Source: Nocardioides sp.
GTDB taxonomy: Bacteria > Actinomycetota > Actinomycetes > Propionibacteriales > Nocardioidaceae
Length of the DNA: 64,000 nt
Assembly (NCBI RefSeq): GCF_031397825.1
Contig: NZ_JANNML010000056.1
Span: 5,225 to 69,224, forward strand
Reading direction: 5' to 3'
Below are positions 11,027-19,808 of the stretch, one piece after another (positions within the stretch are counted from its first letter, which is position 1; each line of letters opens with the position of its first letter). The notes under the pieces are model-generated. The model ran no database searches. It saw only the letters and a program-made list of their open reading frames with translations, and had not been told where the DNA came from. The position numbers were made by a program, and so were the translations under genes.

Positions 11027-11207
11027 GGAGCGCAGTATCGAGCAGCCCTCGCTGGTTGGCCAGACGCCCCATTTTGGGTGGTGCTGACCGGGGACGTCCA
11101 GGCGTAGCGTCGACGGGGCATCCTCCTCCCGCCTCGGGGGGCAGCACGACGGCGGACGGTCGCTGCATCCGCACGTGCCCACTCTCGGGGTAGCCCAGGG
11201 AGTCAGC

Positions 11208-12926
11208 ATGGAGAAGTTCGGTGCCTACGAGGTCGTCGCAGTGGCCGGCTCGGGAGTCTTGGGCAGCGTCTACCGCGCCCGTCACACGGAGCTCGGTCGC
11301 GAGGCGGCCATCAAGGAGCTGTCGGCAGCGGTGCGCGGCGCTCCCGGCCAGGCTGCGCGGCTCCGCGCGGAGGCGCACACACTGGCCGCACTGTCGCACC
11401 CCAACATCGTGGAGCTCTACGACTACGTCGAGGAGCCCGGTCGAGCCTGGTTGGCCGAGCAGTGGGTCGACGGCACGACCCTCGAGGAGATCCTGGCGGA
11501 GCACGGTCGCCTGCGCGCAGAGCAGGCGGTCGGCGTGATGCGCGGTGCGCTGCTCGGCCTGGCCCACGCCCACGAGCACGGCGTCCTGCACCGCGACATC
11601 TCGGCGACCAACATCCTCGTCGACCGGGCCGGGACCTCCATGCTCCTGGACTTCGGTCTCGCCGCGCCGGCCACGACCGGGGTCCCCGACGGGAGCGCGG
11701 GGACCGAGACCGTCGTGGGCACCCTGGCGCCCACGGGGTCGACCGCGCCCATGGTCCTCGGCACCCCCGCCTACCTGTCGCCCGAGGCAGCACGCGGGAC
11801 GGCGCTGTCGACCAGGAGCGACGTCTACTCGGCCGCTGCGCTGCTCCACCACCTGCTCGCCGGAGCACCACTCTTCTCCGGCTCCTCGCTGGACATGGTG
11901 CGTCAGCACCTCGAGGCGCCGGCACCCCACCTCACGAGCGAGGGGGCCGAGATGGAGCAGCTGCTCGTCGACGCCCTCTCGAAGGATCCCTCCGACCGGC
12001 CCGCTGACGCCTCCGCCCTGCTGCACCGGCTCGAGCAGGCCGCCGAACGTCGCTACGGCTCCGGCTGGCTGGGTCGCGCCTCGATCGCCGGCCTGGTCGG
12101 AGGCACCGGCACGGCCTTGGGCATGGTCACGGTCCTGGGCAGCACCGGCACCGGGGTGCGTGCGGCGGAGCAGGTCCTCGACACCGCCGTCGGCGGCCAG
12201 GTGGCTCGCCAGGTCGCCTCGTCCGCCGGCCGGAGCACACGCAAGCTCGCGATGACGCTCGGCGCGACGGCGGCCGCCTTCGTCGTCGTGGCGGTGACGA
12301 CCGTCGTGCTGACCAACGGTGACGGCGAGACCGCTGTGAGCGCGGACATCAGCCAGGTGAACGACGTCTCATCGCGTGAACCGGAGCCCAGCGAGCCGGT
12401 CGAGCCCCCGCCCGACCCGGTCGTCACCTCGGTGCCCGATGGCAGGTACCGGCTGGTCGTGACCGTGTCGAAGACCGACAACCCCGGCTACGGCAAGGTC
12501 GGCCAGGTGGCGGCCCGGGTGACCTGGACGCTGCGACCGTCCTGCCCTGATGCCGCGTCCTGCTCAGGCGCCATCAAGTCCAGCAGCGGCAACAGGTTCG
12601 ACTACGCGTGGAACGGGTCGGTGCTCCGGGTGTCGGCACCCGAGCCTCGGGTCGAGGAGGGGCTCTGCTTCGACTCGGAGACCGGTGAGGATGTGCCGGG
12701 CACGCACTTCAAGACGACCAGCACGACGAGTCGGATCGTGCTGCGCGCCGTCGGCTCGGCCCGCGAGGGGCAGGTCCCGCGTCGCTTCGTCGGCGACGCC
12801 AGGGAGCACGCGGTGGTCAGCGAGCTCCGTGGCGACTGCACCAACAGCTACGCGGACACCGGGGCGCCGGACCCGACTGTCACCCTCCGCTACGTGGCGA
12901 CGCTCCAGGGCACGTCCACGCGCTGA
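11208..12926 (+). CDS. Ser/Thr protein kinase-like membrane protein with a variant catalytic loop
   Basis: GSGVLGSV, AIKEL, DFG and GTPAYLSPE are present, but the catalytic loop reads HRDISATN instead of HRDxKxxN. A TM segment and a roughly 190-aa Cys-containing ectodomain follow. Start at MEKFGAY. Confidence 0.85.
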   Translation: MEKFGAYEVVAVAGSGVLGSVYRARHTELGREAAIKELSAAVRGAPGQAARLRAEAHTLAALSHPNIVELYDYVEEPGRAWLAEQWVDGTTLEEILAEHGRLRAEQAVGVMRGALLGLAHAHEHGVLHRDISATNILVDRAGTSMLLDFGLAAPATTGVPDGSAGTETVVGTLAPTGSTAPMVLGTPAYLSPEAARGTALSTRSDVYSAAALLHHLLAGAPLFSGSSLDMVRQHLEAPAPHLTSEGAEMEQLLVDALSKDPSDRPADASALLHRLEQAAERRYGSGWLGRASIAGLVGGTGTALGMVTVLGSTGTGVRAAEQVLDTAVGGQVARQVASSAGRSTRKLAMTLGATAAAFVVVAVTTVVLTNGDGETAVSADISQVNDVSSREPEPSEPVEPPPDPVVTSVPDGRYRLVVTVSKTDNPGYGKVGQVAARVTWTLRPSCPDAASCSGAIKSSSGNRFDYAWNGSVLRVSAPEPRVEEGLCFDSETGEDVPGTHFKTTSTTSRIVLRAVGSAREGQVPRRFVGDAREHAVVSELRGDCTNSYADTGAPDPTVTLRYVATLQGTSTR

Positions 12927-12933
12927 CGTCTGC

Positions 12934-12958
12934 GTTTGTCCGGACCGGTCACGGGGTA
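12934..12958 (+). promoter_or_regulatory. SigF/SigB-type promoter GTTT-N16-GGGTA upstream of rsbW-sigF
   Basis: GTTT at 12934-37, a 16-nt spacer, and GGGTA at 12954-58. It sits about 100 nt upstream of the rsbW start. It matches the actinobacterial SigF consensus (GTTT-N15-17-GGGTA). Confidence 0.6.
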
Positions 12959-13059
12959 CAGCCCCGTCGTCCCTCCGCTGTCTCCTCCGTCCTCCCCTGC
13001 GACGACGGCGGCGGGCAGTAGGGTCAGCCGACCGCTTCGCACCAACGAAGGACGTAGAC

Positions 13060-13485
13060 ATGTCTGTGACGGGCACCGCTCACCCGGGCGGCCACCAGAG
13101 CGATCGAGCCGACGTCGAGCTGCGCCTCCCCGCCGACAGCGCCTACGCCTCGGTGCTGCGCACGACCGCGGCCGGCCTCGCGGCACGGTTGGACTTCACC
13201 ATCGACGACATCGAGGACCTGCGCATCGCGGTGGGCGAGGCCAACGCGATGGTGCTGCCGGAGGCAGACCCCGGCTCGGACCTCAACTGCCGCTTCTACC
13301 TCGCGCCCGGCACGCTCACGATCGCGGTGAGCGTGACCTCGCTCGGTGCGGCCGCACCCGATCGAGACAGCTTCGCCTGGCAGGTGCTGACCACGCTGGC
13401 CACCAGCGCGACGGCCGAGTCGGTCGACGACCAGTTCGTGGTGACGATGACGATGCACTCCTCCATCGCCGGAGTCGGCCTCTGA
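13060..13485 (+). CDS. rsbW: Anti-sigma factor (RsbW/UsfX-like, HATPase_c_2)
   Basis: VELRLPADSAYASVLRTTAAGLAARLDFTIDDIEDLRIAVGEA resembles the mycobacterial UsfX/RsbW N-terminus. The gene ends 1 nt before the sigma gene start. Confidence 0.8.
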   Translation: MSVTGTAHPGGHQSDRADVELRLPADSAYASVLRTTAAGLAARLDFTIDDIEDLRIAVGEANAMVLPEADPGSDLNCRFYLAPGTLTIAVSVTSLGAAAPDRDSFAWQVLTTLATSATAESVDDQFVVTMTMHSSIAGVGL

Positions 13486-13486
13486 C

Positions 13487-14305
13487 ATGGACCGTCACCC
13501 CTCCCGGGACGACCTCCCGGACGACGAGGCGCAGCTGACCGGGGTCGAGCTGACCCGCAAGCGCAGTGCCGCTCTCTTCGTCGTCTTCCACGACGAGGAC
13601 GAGTCGCAGGCAACACGCGACGGCGCGCGTGACGGGCTGGTGCACCTGCACCTGCCGCTCGTCGAGCACTGCGCGCGACGCTTCCGCAACCGCGGGGAGC
13701 CCTTCGAGGACCTCGTCCAGGTCGGCACCATCGGTCTCATCAAGTCGATCGACCGCTTCGACTCCTTCCGCGGCGTGGAGTTCTCGACCTATGCCACCCC
13801 CACCATCATCGGCGAGATCAAGCGCTACTTCCGCGACAAGGGCTGGGCCATCCGCGTCCCGCGGCGACTCCAGGAGCTGCGGATGCAGATCGGCGCCGCC
13901 ACCGCCGAGCTCACCCAGTCCCTCGGACGCTCCCCCACGGTCCGCGAGCTCGCCGAGAACATCGGGTGCAGCGTCGAGGAGATCGTCGAGGGGATCGAGT
14001 CCAGCAACGCCTACTCCACGCTCTCCCTCGATGCCTCCGACGACTCCGACGACTCGGCCGCGTCCATGCTCGACGCCATCGGCGTCGACGACGCCGGGCT
14101 CGAGCACGTCGAGATCCGCGAGTCGATCAAGCCGTTGCTCGACCGTCTGGAGCCGCGCGAGAAGAAGATCCTGCTGCTGCGCTTCTTCAAGAACATGACG
14201 CAATCGCAGATCGCGGAGGAGATCGGGGTGTCCCAGATGCACGTCTCACGCCTGCTGACGCGCACGCTCGAGCAGCTGCGCACGTCGCTGGAGCAGCAGG
14301 ACTGA
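13487..14305 (+). CDS. sigF: Group 3 RNA polymerase sigma factor, SigF/SigB family
   Basis: Region 2 (LVQVGTIGLIKSIDRFD, YATPTIIGEIKRYFRDKGW) and region 4.2 HTH (TQSQIAEEIGVSQMHVSRLL). Tightly coupled to rsbW. Confidence 0.9.
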   Translation: MDRHPSRDDLPDDEAQLTGVELTRKRSAALFVVFHDEDESQATRDGARDGLVHLHLPLVEHCARRFRNRGEPFEDLVQVGTIGLIKSIDRFDSFRGVEFSTYATPTIIGEIKRYFRDKGWAIRVPRRLQELRMQIGAATAELTQSLGRSPTVRELAENIGCSVEEIVEGIESSNAYSTLSLDASDDSDDSAASMLDAIGVDDAGLEHVEIRESIKPLLDRLEPREKKILLLRFFKNMTQSQIAEEIGVSQMHVSRLLTRTLEQLRTSLEQQD

Positions 14306-14321
14306 CCTCCGCTGCCCCCGG

Positions 14322-14813
14322 TCACTCCCCGGTGGTGCCGCGCTCCCCGGTCGGGTCGTCGGCGAGCACGTCGGTCGTGGCCGGGTGGATCATCCCGGCG
14401 ATCACGACGAGTGCTGTCACGGCCATCAGGCCGGCGACCGGCCAGAACTCGCGCAGGTTCCATGCCAGCCCCAGCTGGATGAGCTGGGTCAGCAGCACCG
14501 GACCCCGCGCCCAGCCCTGTTGACGGGTGAGGGCGACGGCGCAGCCGACCAGGGCGAGGCCGTAGACCCCGAAGAAGACACTGGTCGTGACGCCCAGCGA
14601 CATGCGCTGCGAGGACAGGTGGGCGAGCTCCAGCACGGCGAGCAGCACCAGGAGCCCACCCTGGACGGCAGCCAACGACGCCGCCACGGTCAGGGGGGGC
14701 GGGTTGCCGGGCCGCTGGTGGGGACCCTCGTGGGGAGCAGGTGTCGACACCCTGGCAGCGTACGGGGCATCCCTGGGCTGTGCCTCTGACATTGCTGTGA
14801 TCCAACGAACCAC
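14322..14813 (-). CDS. Hypothetical integral membrane protein (4 TM)
   Basis: Hydrophobic segments with coding GC3. No recognised domain. The start (14813 or MSEAQ at 14792) is uncertain. Confidence 0.6.
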   Translation of the reverse strand: MVRWITAMSEAQPRDAPYAARVSTPAPHEGPHQRPGNPPPLTVAASLAAVQGGLLVLLAVLELAHLSSQRMSLGVTTSVFFGVYGLALVGCAVALTRQQGWARGPVLLTQLIQLGLAWNLREFWPVAGLMAVTALVVIAGMIHPATTDVLADDPTGERGTTGE

Positions 14814-14862
14814 CCGAAAGGCTTGATCCGGGAAGCAAATGTTGCCAGTCTGTTCGTGCGCT

Positions 14863-14878
14863 CGTGATCACGTTCACT
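14863..14878. promoter_or_regulatory. CRP/FNR-type site CGTGA-N6-TCACT upstream of whiB1
   Basis: Inverted GTGA/TCAC half-sites with a 6-nt spacer, about 83 nt upstream of the whiB1 ATG. A perfect TGTGA half-site is also present at 14796-14800. Confidence 0.45.
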
Positions 14879-14953
14879 ACTGCACCCATCCGCGCGCCCG
14901 CAGGCCTGAGAACCCCTGCCTGCACTCAATGCGAAAGAGAGATCCACCACCCC

Positions 14954-15205
14954 ATGGATTGGCGTCACCGTTCCGCGTGCCTCGATGAGGATCCGGAGCT
15001 GTTCTTTCCGATCGGCAACACCGGTCCGGCCATCCTCCAGATCGAGGAGGCCAAGCAGGTCTGCCGACGCTGCGACGTGCGCGAGCTCTGTCTCTCGTGG
15101 GCGATCGAGGCCGGGCAGGACCACGGTGTGTGGGGCGGGCTCAGCGAGGACGAGCGCCGCGCGCTCAAGCGTCGCAACGCCCGGTCGCGCGTCCGCACCG
15201 CCTGA
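14954..15205 (+). CDS. whiB1: WhiB-family Fe-S transcription factor, WhiB1 ortholog
   Basis: MDWRHRSACLDEDPELFFP...CRRC..ELCLSWA...GVWGGLSEDERRALKRRNAR is nearly collinear with mycobacterial WhiB1. The ORF-track start is trimmed to ATG 14954. Confidence 0.95.
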   Translation: MDWRHRSACLDEDPELFFPIGNTGPAILQIEEAKQVCRRCDVRELCLSWAIEAGQDHGVWGGLSEDERRALKRRNARSRVRTA

Positions 15206-15208
15206 GCG

Positions 15209-16684
15209 TCACTCCAGGGGTACGTCGATCCCTGCCCGGGTGCCGGCGCCGGCGGAGCGCGGCCCCACCGTGAGCTGACCGCCCAGCTCCGACTCCACGA
15301 GCGTTCGCACGATCGACAGACCCAGGTTCGTCGACCGGTCGAGGTCGAAGCCCTCGGGCAGACCCCGGCCGTCGTCGTCCACGACCATGGTCAGCCGCCC
15401 GACCAGGCGCTGCACCGTGACCGTGATCAGGCCGCTGGTCGCCGCATCCTCGGCGTCGTAGCCGTGCTCGACGGCGTTCTGGAGGACCTCGGTGAGCACC
15501 ATGGCCAGGGCCGTGGCGGACTCGGACGGCAGCACCCCGAACGACCCTTCACGGCGAACGCGGACCCGGCCACCGGACGAGCCGACGTCGGTCACCATGC
15601 TGCCCAGGCGGTCGGCGATCTCGTCGAACGCCACGGTCTCCTCGACGGCCTGGCTCAGCGTCTCGTGCACGATCGCGATCGACCCGACCCGGCGTACGGC
15701 CTCCTCGAGGGCCAGCTTGGCCTCCTCGGAGTCGATCCGCCGCGCCTGGAGCCGCAGGAGCGCCGCGACGGTCTGCAGGTTGTTCTTCACGCGGTGGTGG
15801 ATCTCGCGGATGGTGGCGTCCTTGGTGATCAGCTCGCGATCGCGACGGCGCAGGTCGGTGACGTCGCGGACCAGGATCACGCCGCCGATGTGCTCCCCCT
15901 GGGGTCGCAGCGGGATGGCGCGCACGATCAGGGAGACCTGGTCGCTGCCGATCTCGGTGTCGCGGTGCGCGCGACCGCCGAGCACCGCGCTGAGCGTCTC
16001 CTCGTCGGGGCGACGTCGGGGCGGCACCAGCTGGCGGGTGAGGTCGGCCAGGCTCAGGCCGGAGAGGTCGCCCGACAGCCCCAGCCGGCGATAGACCGAC
16101 AGCGCGTTGGGGCTGGCATAGACGACCATCCCCGCGGCGTCCACCCGGAGGAACCCGTCGCCGACCCGCGGTGAGTCCGCATGGTCGCTGCGCTGGCCGA
16201 CCTCGGGGAAGAACCCGCCGGAGATCATCTGGGTGAGGTCGGCAGCCGTCTGGAGGTAGGACAGCTCCAGACGGCTCGGGGTGCGTACGCCGAGCAGGTT
16301 GGTGTTGCGGGCGATCACCGCGATCACGCGGCCAGAGCGTCGCACGGGGATGGCCTCGACCCGCACCGGCACGTCATCGCGCCACTCGGGGTCACCCTCC
16401 CGCACCAGCCGGCCGTGAGCCCACGCCTCGTCGAGCATCGGCCGGCGCCCCACGGGGACGAACGTGCCGACGATGTCATCGATGTAGGCCGTGGGGCCGG
16501 TCGTCGGGCGCATCTGGGCCGCCGCCCAGAAGCCGTGACCGCGCTCGTCGGGCAGCCACAGCACCAGGTCGGCGAAGGAGAGGTCGGCGATGATCTGCCA
16601 GTCGGCCATGATCAGCTGCAGCCAGGCCACGTCCTCCTCGCCGAGGTCGGTGTGGCTGCGCACGAGCTCGATCATCGAAGGCAC
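15209..16684 (-). CDS. pdtaS: Cytoplasmic sensor histidine kinase PdtaS (GAF-PAS-HisKA_2-HATPase)
   Basis: N-terminus DLGEEDVAWLQLIMADWQIIADLSFADLVLW, H-box EIHHRVKNNLQTVAALLRLQ, and a C-terminal ATPase. No TM segment. The position next to whiB1 matches mycobacteria. Confidence 0.9.
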   Translation of the reverse strand: MPSMIELVRSHTDLGEEDVAWLQLIMADWQIIADLSFADLVLWLPDERGHGFWAAAQMRPTTGPTAYIDDIVGTFVPVGRRPMLDEAWAHGRLVREGDPEWRDDVPVRVEAIPVRRSGRVIAVIARNTNLLGVRTPSRLELSYLQTAADLTQMISGGFFPEVGQRSDHADSPRVGDGFLRVDAAGMVVYASPNALSVYRRLGLSGDLSGLSLADLTRQLVPPRRRPDEETLSAVLGGRAHRDTEIGSDQVSLIVRAIPLRPQGEHIGGVILVRDVTDLRRRDRELITKDATIREIHHRVKNNLQTVAALLRLQARRIDSEEAKLALEEAVRRVGSIAIVHETLSQAVEETVAFDEIADRLGSMVTDVGSSGGRVRVRREGSFGVLPSESATALAMVLTEVLQNAVEHGYDAEDAATSGLITVTVQRLVGRLTMVVDDDGRGLPEGFDLDRSTNLGLSIVRTLVESELGGQLTVGPRSAGAGTRAGIDVPLE

Positions 16685-16742
16685 ACCCCTGAGCGTAGGT
16701 GTTCACGACCCCGACATCCCCGCGGTCGCGACCTTTGGCAGG

Positions 16743-17621
16743 ATGGTCGACATGTCGGCGGCGTACTGGAAGCAGGTTCACGACGACGACTTCGCCGTCC
16801 CCACCGACCGGTCGCTCTCGGACCTCACCGCGGAGCTGACCCGACTGCTCGGTGACGCCGACCCCGACCTGCGTGACGGCCTGGCACTGCCGGCCCTGGC
16901 GACCTGGGTGGAGCGGGGCGTCTACGACGACCTGCTGCCCGGCCTCGGGGACGGCATGGCCGCCGGCCTGCGGGTCGGTCTCGGGGAGACCGGCACCGAC
17001 TCGGTCTTCCGCCGCAGCTTCTCCGTGCTGGTCCTCGCCTGCTGCATCGAGCGCGACAACGACCGGCCGCTGGTTCCGGGCGGCAAGGTGCTCGAGTGGG
17101 GCGACCGGATCGCGACCTGGATGCTCACCGAGCAGGACCTGCGCGGCTACGTCCCCGGCAGGGGCTGGGCGCACGCCGTGGCCCACGGCGCCGACGCCCT
17201 GGGCGCCCTCGCCTCCTCGCCCCACGTCGGGGTCGGCGAGCTGACCGTACTGCTCGACGTCATCGCCGAGCGGCTCGTCGCGCCGGTGGACGGGCTCTTC
17301 AGCGCCGGTGAGCCCGACCGGCTGGCGCTGGCAGCCATGAGCGTCCTGCGACGCAACCACGTGCCCCTCGACCTGATCGAGATCTGGGTCGACACGATCG
17401 CCGCGGCCGCCCGCCACCCGCACGACGGCACCGACCGGGACCCCTACCTGCGCGCCGGCAACGCCGAGGCGTTCCTGAGGGCGCTCTACCTCCAGCTCGC
17501 GCTCGGGCAGCGACCACCCGCCGTCCGCGCGGACCTGCTGCTGCTGCTCGTGGAGGCCCTGCGCTCGACCAACCCGCACTACATCGGAGCCAGGGTGGCT
17601 GCTCCGGCCGGGGAGTCCTGA
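16743..17621 (+). CDS. DUF2785 domain-containing protein
   Basis: AYWKQVHDDDFAVPTDRSLSDLTAELTRLLGDADPDLRDGLALPALATWV matches my recollection of DUF2785 proteins. Start at MVDMSAAY. Confidence 0.7.
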   Translation: MVDMSAAYWKQVHDDDFAVPTDRSLSDLTAELTRLLGDADPDLRDGLALPALATWVERGVYDDLLPGLGDGMAAGLRVGLGETGTDSVFRRSFSVLVLACCIERDNDRPLVPGGKVLEWGDRIATWMLTEQDLRGYVPGRGWAHAVAHGADALGALASSPHVGVGELTVLLDVIAERLVAPVDGLFSAGEPDRLALAAMSVLRRNHVPLDLIEIWVDTIAAAARHPHDGTDRDPYLRAGNAEAFLRALYLQLALGQRPPAVRADLLLLLVEALRSTNPHYIGARVAAPAGES

Positions 17622-17634
17622 GTAGCCTGCGGGC

Positions 17635-19305
17635 ATGACTCAGGAAGAGACCACCGACGCCGTCCTCGAGGGACACTCCGGCGAGCTCGCCGTGGCCGTC
17701 GCCCGCGCCTACGGCGTGGAGACCATGTTCACGCTGTCGGGGGCCCACGTGTTCCCGATGTACGACGGGGCCGTCAAGGCCGATCCGCCCATGCGCCTGC
17801 TCGACGTGCGCCACGAGCAGACCGCCGCCTTCGCGGCGGAGGCCACGGGCAAGCTGACCCGCGTGCCCGGCCTCGCGGTGCTGACCGCCGGACCCGGCGT
17901 GACCAACGGCGTGAGCGCGATCGCGCAGGCACAGTTCGCCGGCTCCCCGATGGTGGTCGTCGGTGGTCGCGCCCCCGCCAACCGCTGGGGCAGCGGCAGC
18001 CTCCAGGAGCTCGACCAGCCGCCCATCGTCGCCTCGGTGTCCAAGCTGGCGACCACGCTCCACACCGCCGGCGACATCCTCGGAGGGATGGACCAGGCCT
18101 TCGCTGCCGCAGGCTCCTCGCACCGTGGGCCGGTCTTCGTGGACGTCCCGATGGACGAGTTCTTCAACGCCTCCTCCGGCCCGGCCCCGGTGCGCTCCTC
18201 CGCCCGGGGGGCCGAGCCGGACGGCGACGCCGTCGCGACGATCGCCGGGCTGCTGTCCGCGGCCACGCGCCCGGTCCTGATCCTCGGCACCGACGTCTGG
18301 GCCGACGGCGCCGAGGTGGCCGCGCTACGCTTCGTCGAGGCGATCGGCATCCCCACGATCACCAATGGCATGGGCCGCGGCGTCATCCCCGGCGGTCACG
18401 CCCTGTTGGCGACCAAGGCCCGCGGCCAGGCGCTGGGCGGCGCCGACCTCGTCGTCGTGGTCGGCACCCCGCTCGACTTCCGTCTCGGCTACGGCATCTT
18501 CGGCGGCAAGGACGGCGCGACGCCCGCTCAGGTCGTGCACGTCGCGGACTCCCCCGGCCAGGTCTCCGGTCACGCCACCTTGGCGGCGTCGGTCTCCGGC
18601 GACCTCACGTCGATCCTCGACGGACTCCAGGCTGCGTTGGAGCGCGGGGCCAAGCCCGACTGGAGCTCCTGGGTCTCCTCGCTGCAGGACACCGTCGCCG
18701 CCACCACGGCTCGCGACCTCGAGCTGCTGCGCGCCGAGGCCGACCCGATCCACCCGGCCCGCATCTACGGCGAGCTGGTCCCCCGGCTGGCCGAGGACGC
18801 GGTCGTCATCGGCGACGGCGGCGACTTCGTGTCCTTCGCCGGCAAGTTCGTCGAGCCGAAACGCCCCGGTGGCTGGCTCGACCCCGGCCCCTACGGCTGC
18901 CTCGGCGCCGGCCTGGGCGCGGCCATCGCGGCCCGCCTGGCGCGGCCGTCCTCGCAGGTGGTGCTGCTGCTCGGGGACGGCGCGGCCGGCTTCTCCCTGA
19001 TGGACGTCGACACGCTGGTGCGCCACAACCTGCCGGTCGTGATGATCATGGGCAACAACTCCGCCTGGGGCCTGGAGAAGGGCCCCATGCAGATGCTCTA
19101 CGGCTACGACGGGGTCGCGGACCTCGCCCCCCGCACGGCCTACCACGAGGTCGTCAAGGCGCTCGGCGGGGCCGGCGAGATCGTCACCGACCCCCGCCAG
19201 ATCGGGGCGGCGATCGACCGCGCCTTCGCGTCCGACGTCCCCTACCTGGTCAACGTCATCACCGACGTGGACGCGGCCTACCCGCGTGCCACCTTCGGCA
19301 TCTGA
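17635..19305 (+). CDS. Thiamine-diphosphate-dependent enzyme (acetolactate synthase large subunit-like)
   Basis: N-terminal PYR domain (RHEQTAAFAAEATGKLTRVPGLAVLTAGPGVTNG) and C-terminal PP domain (GDGAAGFSLMDVDTLVRHNLPV..NNSAWG). Confidence 0.85.
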   Translation: MTQEETTDAVLEGHSGELAVAVARAYGVETMFTLSGAHVFPMYDGAVKADPPMRLLDVRHEQTAAFAAEATGKLTRVPGLAVLTAGPGVTNGVSAIAQAQFAGSPMVVVGGRAPANRWGSGSLQELDQPPIVASVSKLATTLHTAGDILGGMDQAFAAAGSSHRGPVFVDVPMDEFFNASSGPAPVRSSARGAEPDGDAVATIAGLLSAATRPVLILGTDVWADGAEVAALRFVEAIGIPTITNGMGRGVIPGGHALLATKARGQALGGADLVVVVGTPLDFRLGYGIFGGKDGATPAQVVHVADSPGQVSGHATLAASVSGDLTSILDGLQAALERGAKPDWSSWVSSLQDTVAATTARDLELLRAEADPIHPARIYGELVPRLAEDAVVIGDGGDFVSFAGKFVEPKRPGGWLDPGPYGCLGAGLGAAIAARLARPSSQVVLLLGDGAAGFSLMDVDTLVRHNLPVVMIMGNNSAWGLEKGPMQMLYGYDGVADLAPRTAYHEVVKALGGAGEIVTDPRQIGAAIDRAFASDVPYLVNVITDVDAAYPRATFGI

Positions 19306-19808
19306 TGCGGCTGCGCCTCGCGACGCCCGACGACCACGAGGTCGTCGGGCGCGCCACGGTGGCCGCCTACGCCCCCTTCCTCGGCGGCGACCGGCCCGAC
19401 ACGGGCTACGTCGAGCACCTGCGCGACGCCGCGCGTCGGGCCGAGGAGGCCGAGCTGTGGGTGGCCTGCTCCGAGGCGGGCGACGTGCTGGGCTCGGTCA
19501 CGATCTGCCCCGAGGGCTCACCGTGGCGCGAGCTGGCCCGACCGGGCGAGGGCGAGTTCCGGATGCTCGCCGTCGACCCGGCGGCCCAGGGGCAGGGAGT
19601 CGGGCGGGCGCTCGTGGAGCATGCCCTGGCCCACTTCCGCTCGGGTGGCGCCACTGGCGTGGTGCTGTGCAGCATGGCCGAGATGACCGCGGCCCACGCG
19701 CTCTACGGGCGACTGGGGTTCGTGCGTGACCCGGCGCTCGACTGGTCACCCGCGCCCGGCGTCGCGCTGCTGTCCTTCCGTCTCACCTTCGCCATGCAGG
19801 AGTCCTGA
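19305..19808 (+). CDS. GNAT family N-acetyltransferase
   Basis: Acetyl-CoA motif RMLAVDPAAQGQGVGRALVEHAL. TGATG overlap with the upstream gene. Confidence 0.85.
   Translation: MRLRLATPDDHEVVGRATVAAYAPFLGGDRPDTGYVEHLRDAARRAEEAELWVACSEAGDVLGSVTICPEGSPWRELARPGEGEFRMLAVDPAAQGQGVGRALVEHALAHFRSGGATGVVLCSMAEMTAAHALYGRLGFVRDPALDWSPAPGVALLSFRLTFAMQES

Noticed and set aside
11187-11191. Additional GGGTA pentamers (11187 upstream of kinase 2, 15216 at the pdtaS 3' end, and minus-strand 32149-32153 upstream of the DUF445 gene) considered as SigF promoters.
   Set aside because: No GTTT element lies 15-17 nt upstream in any of them.
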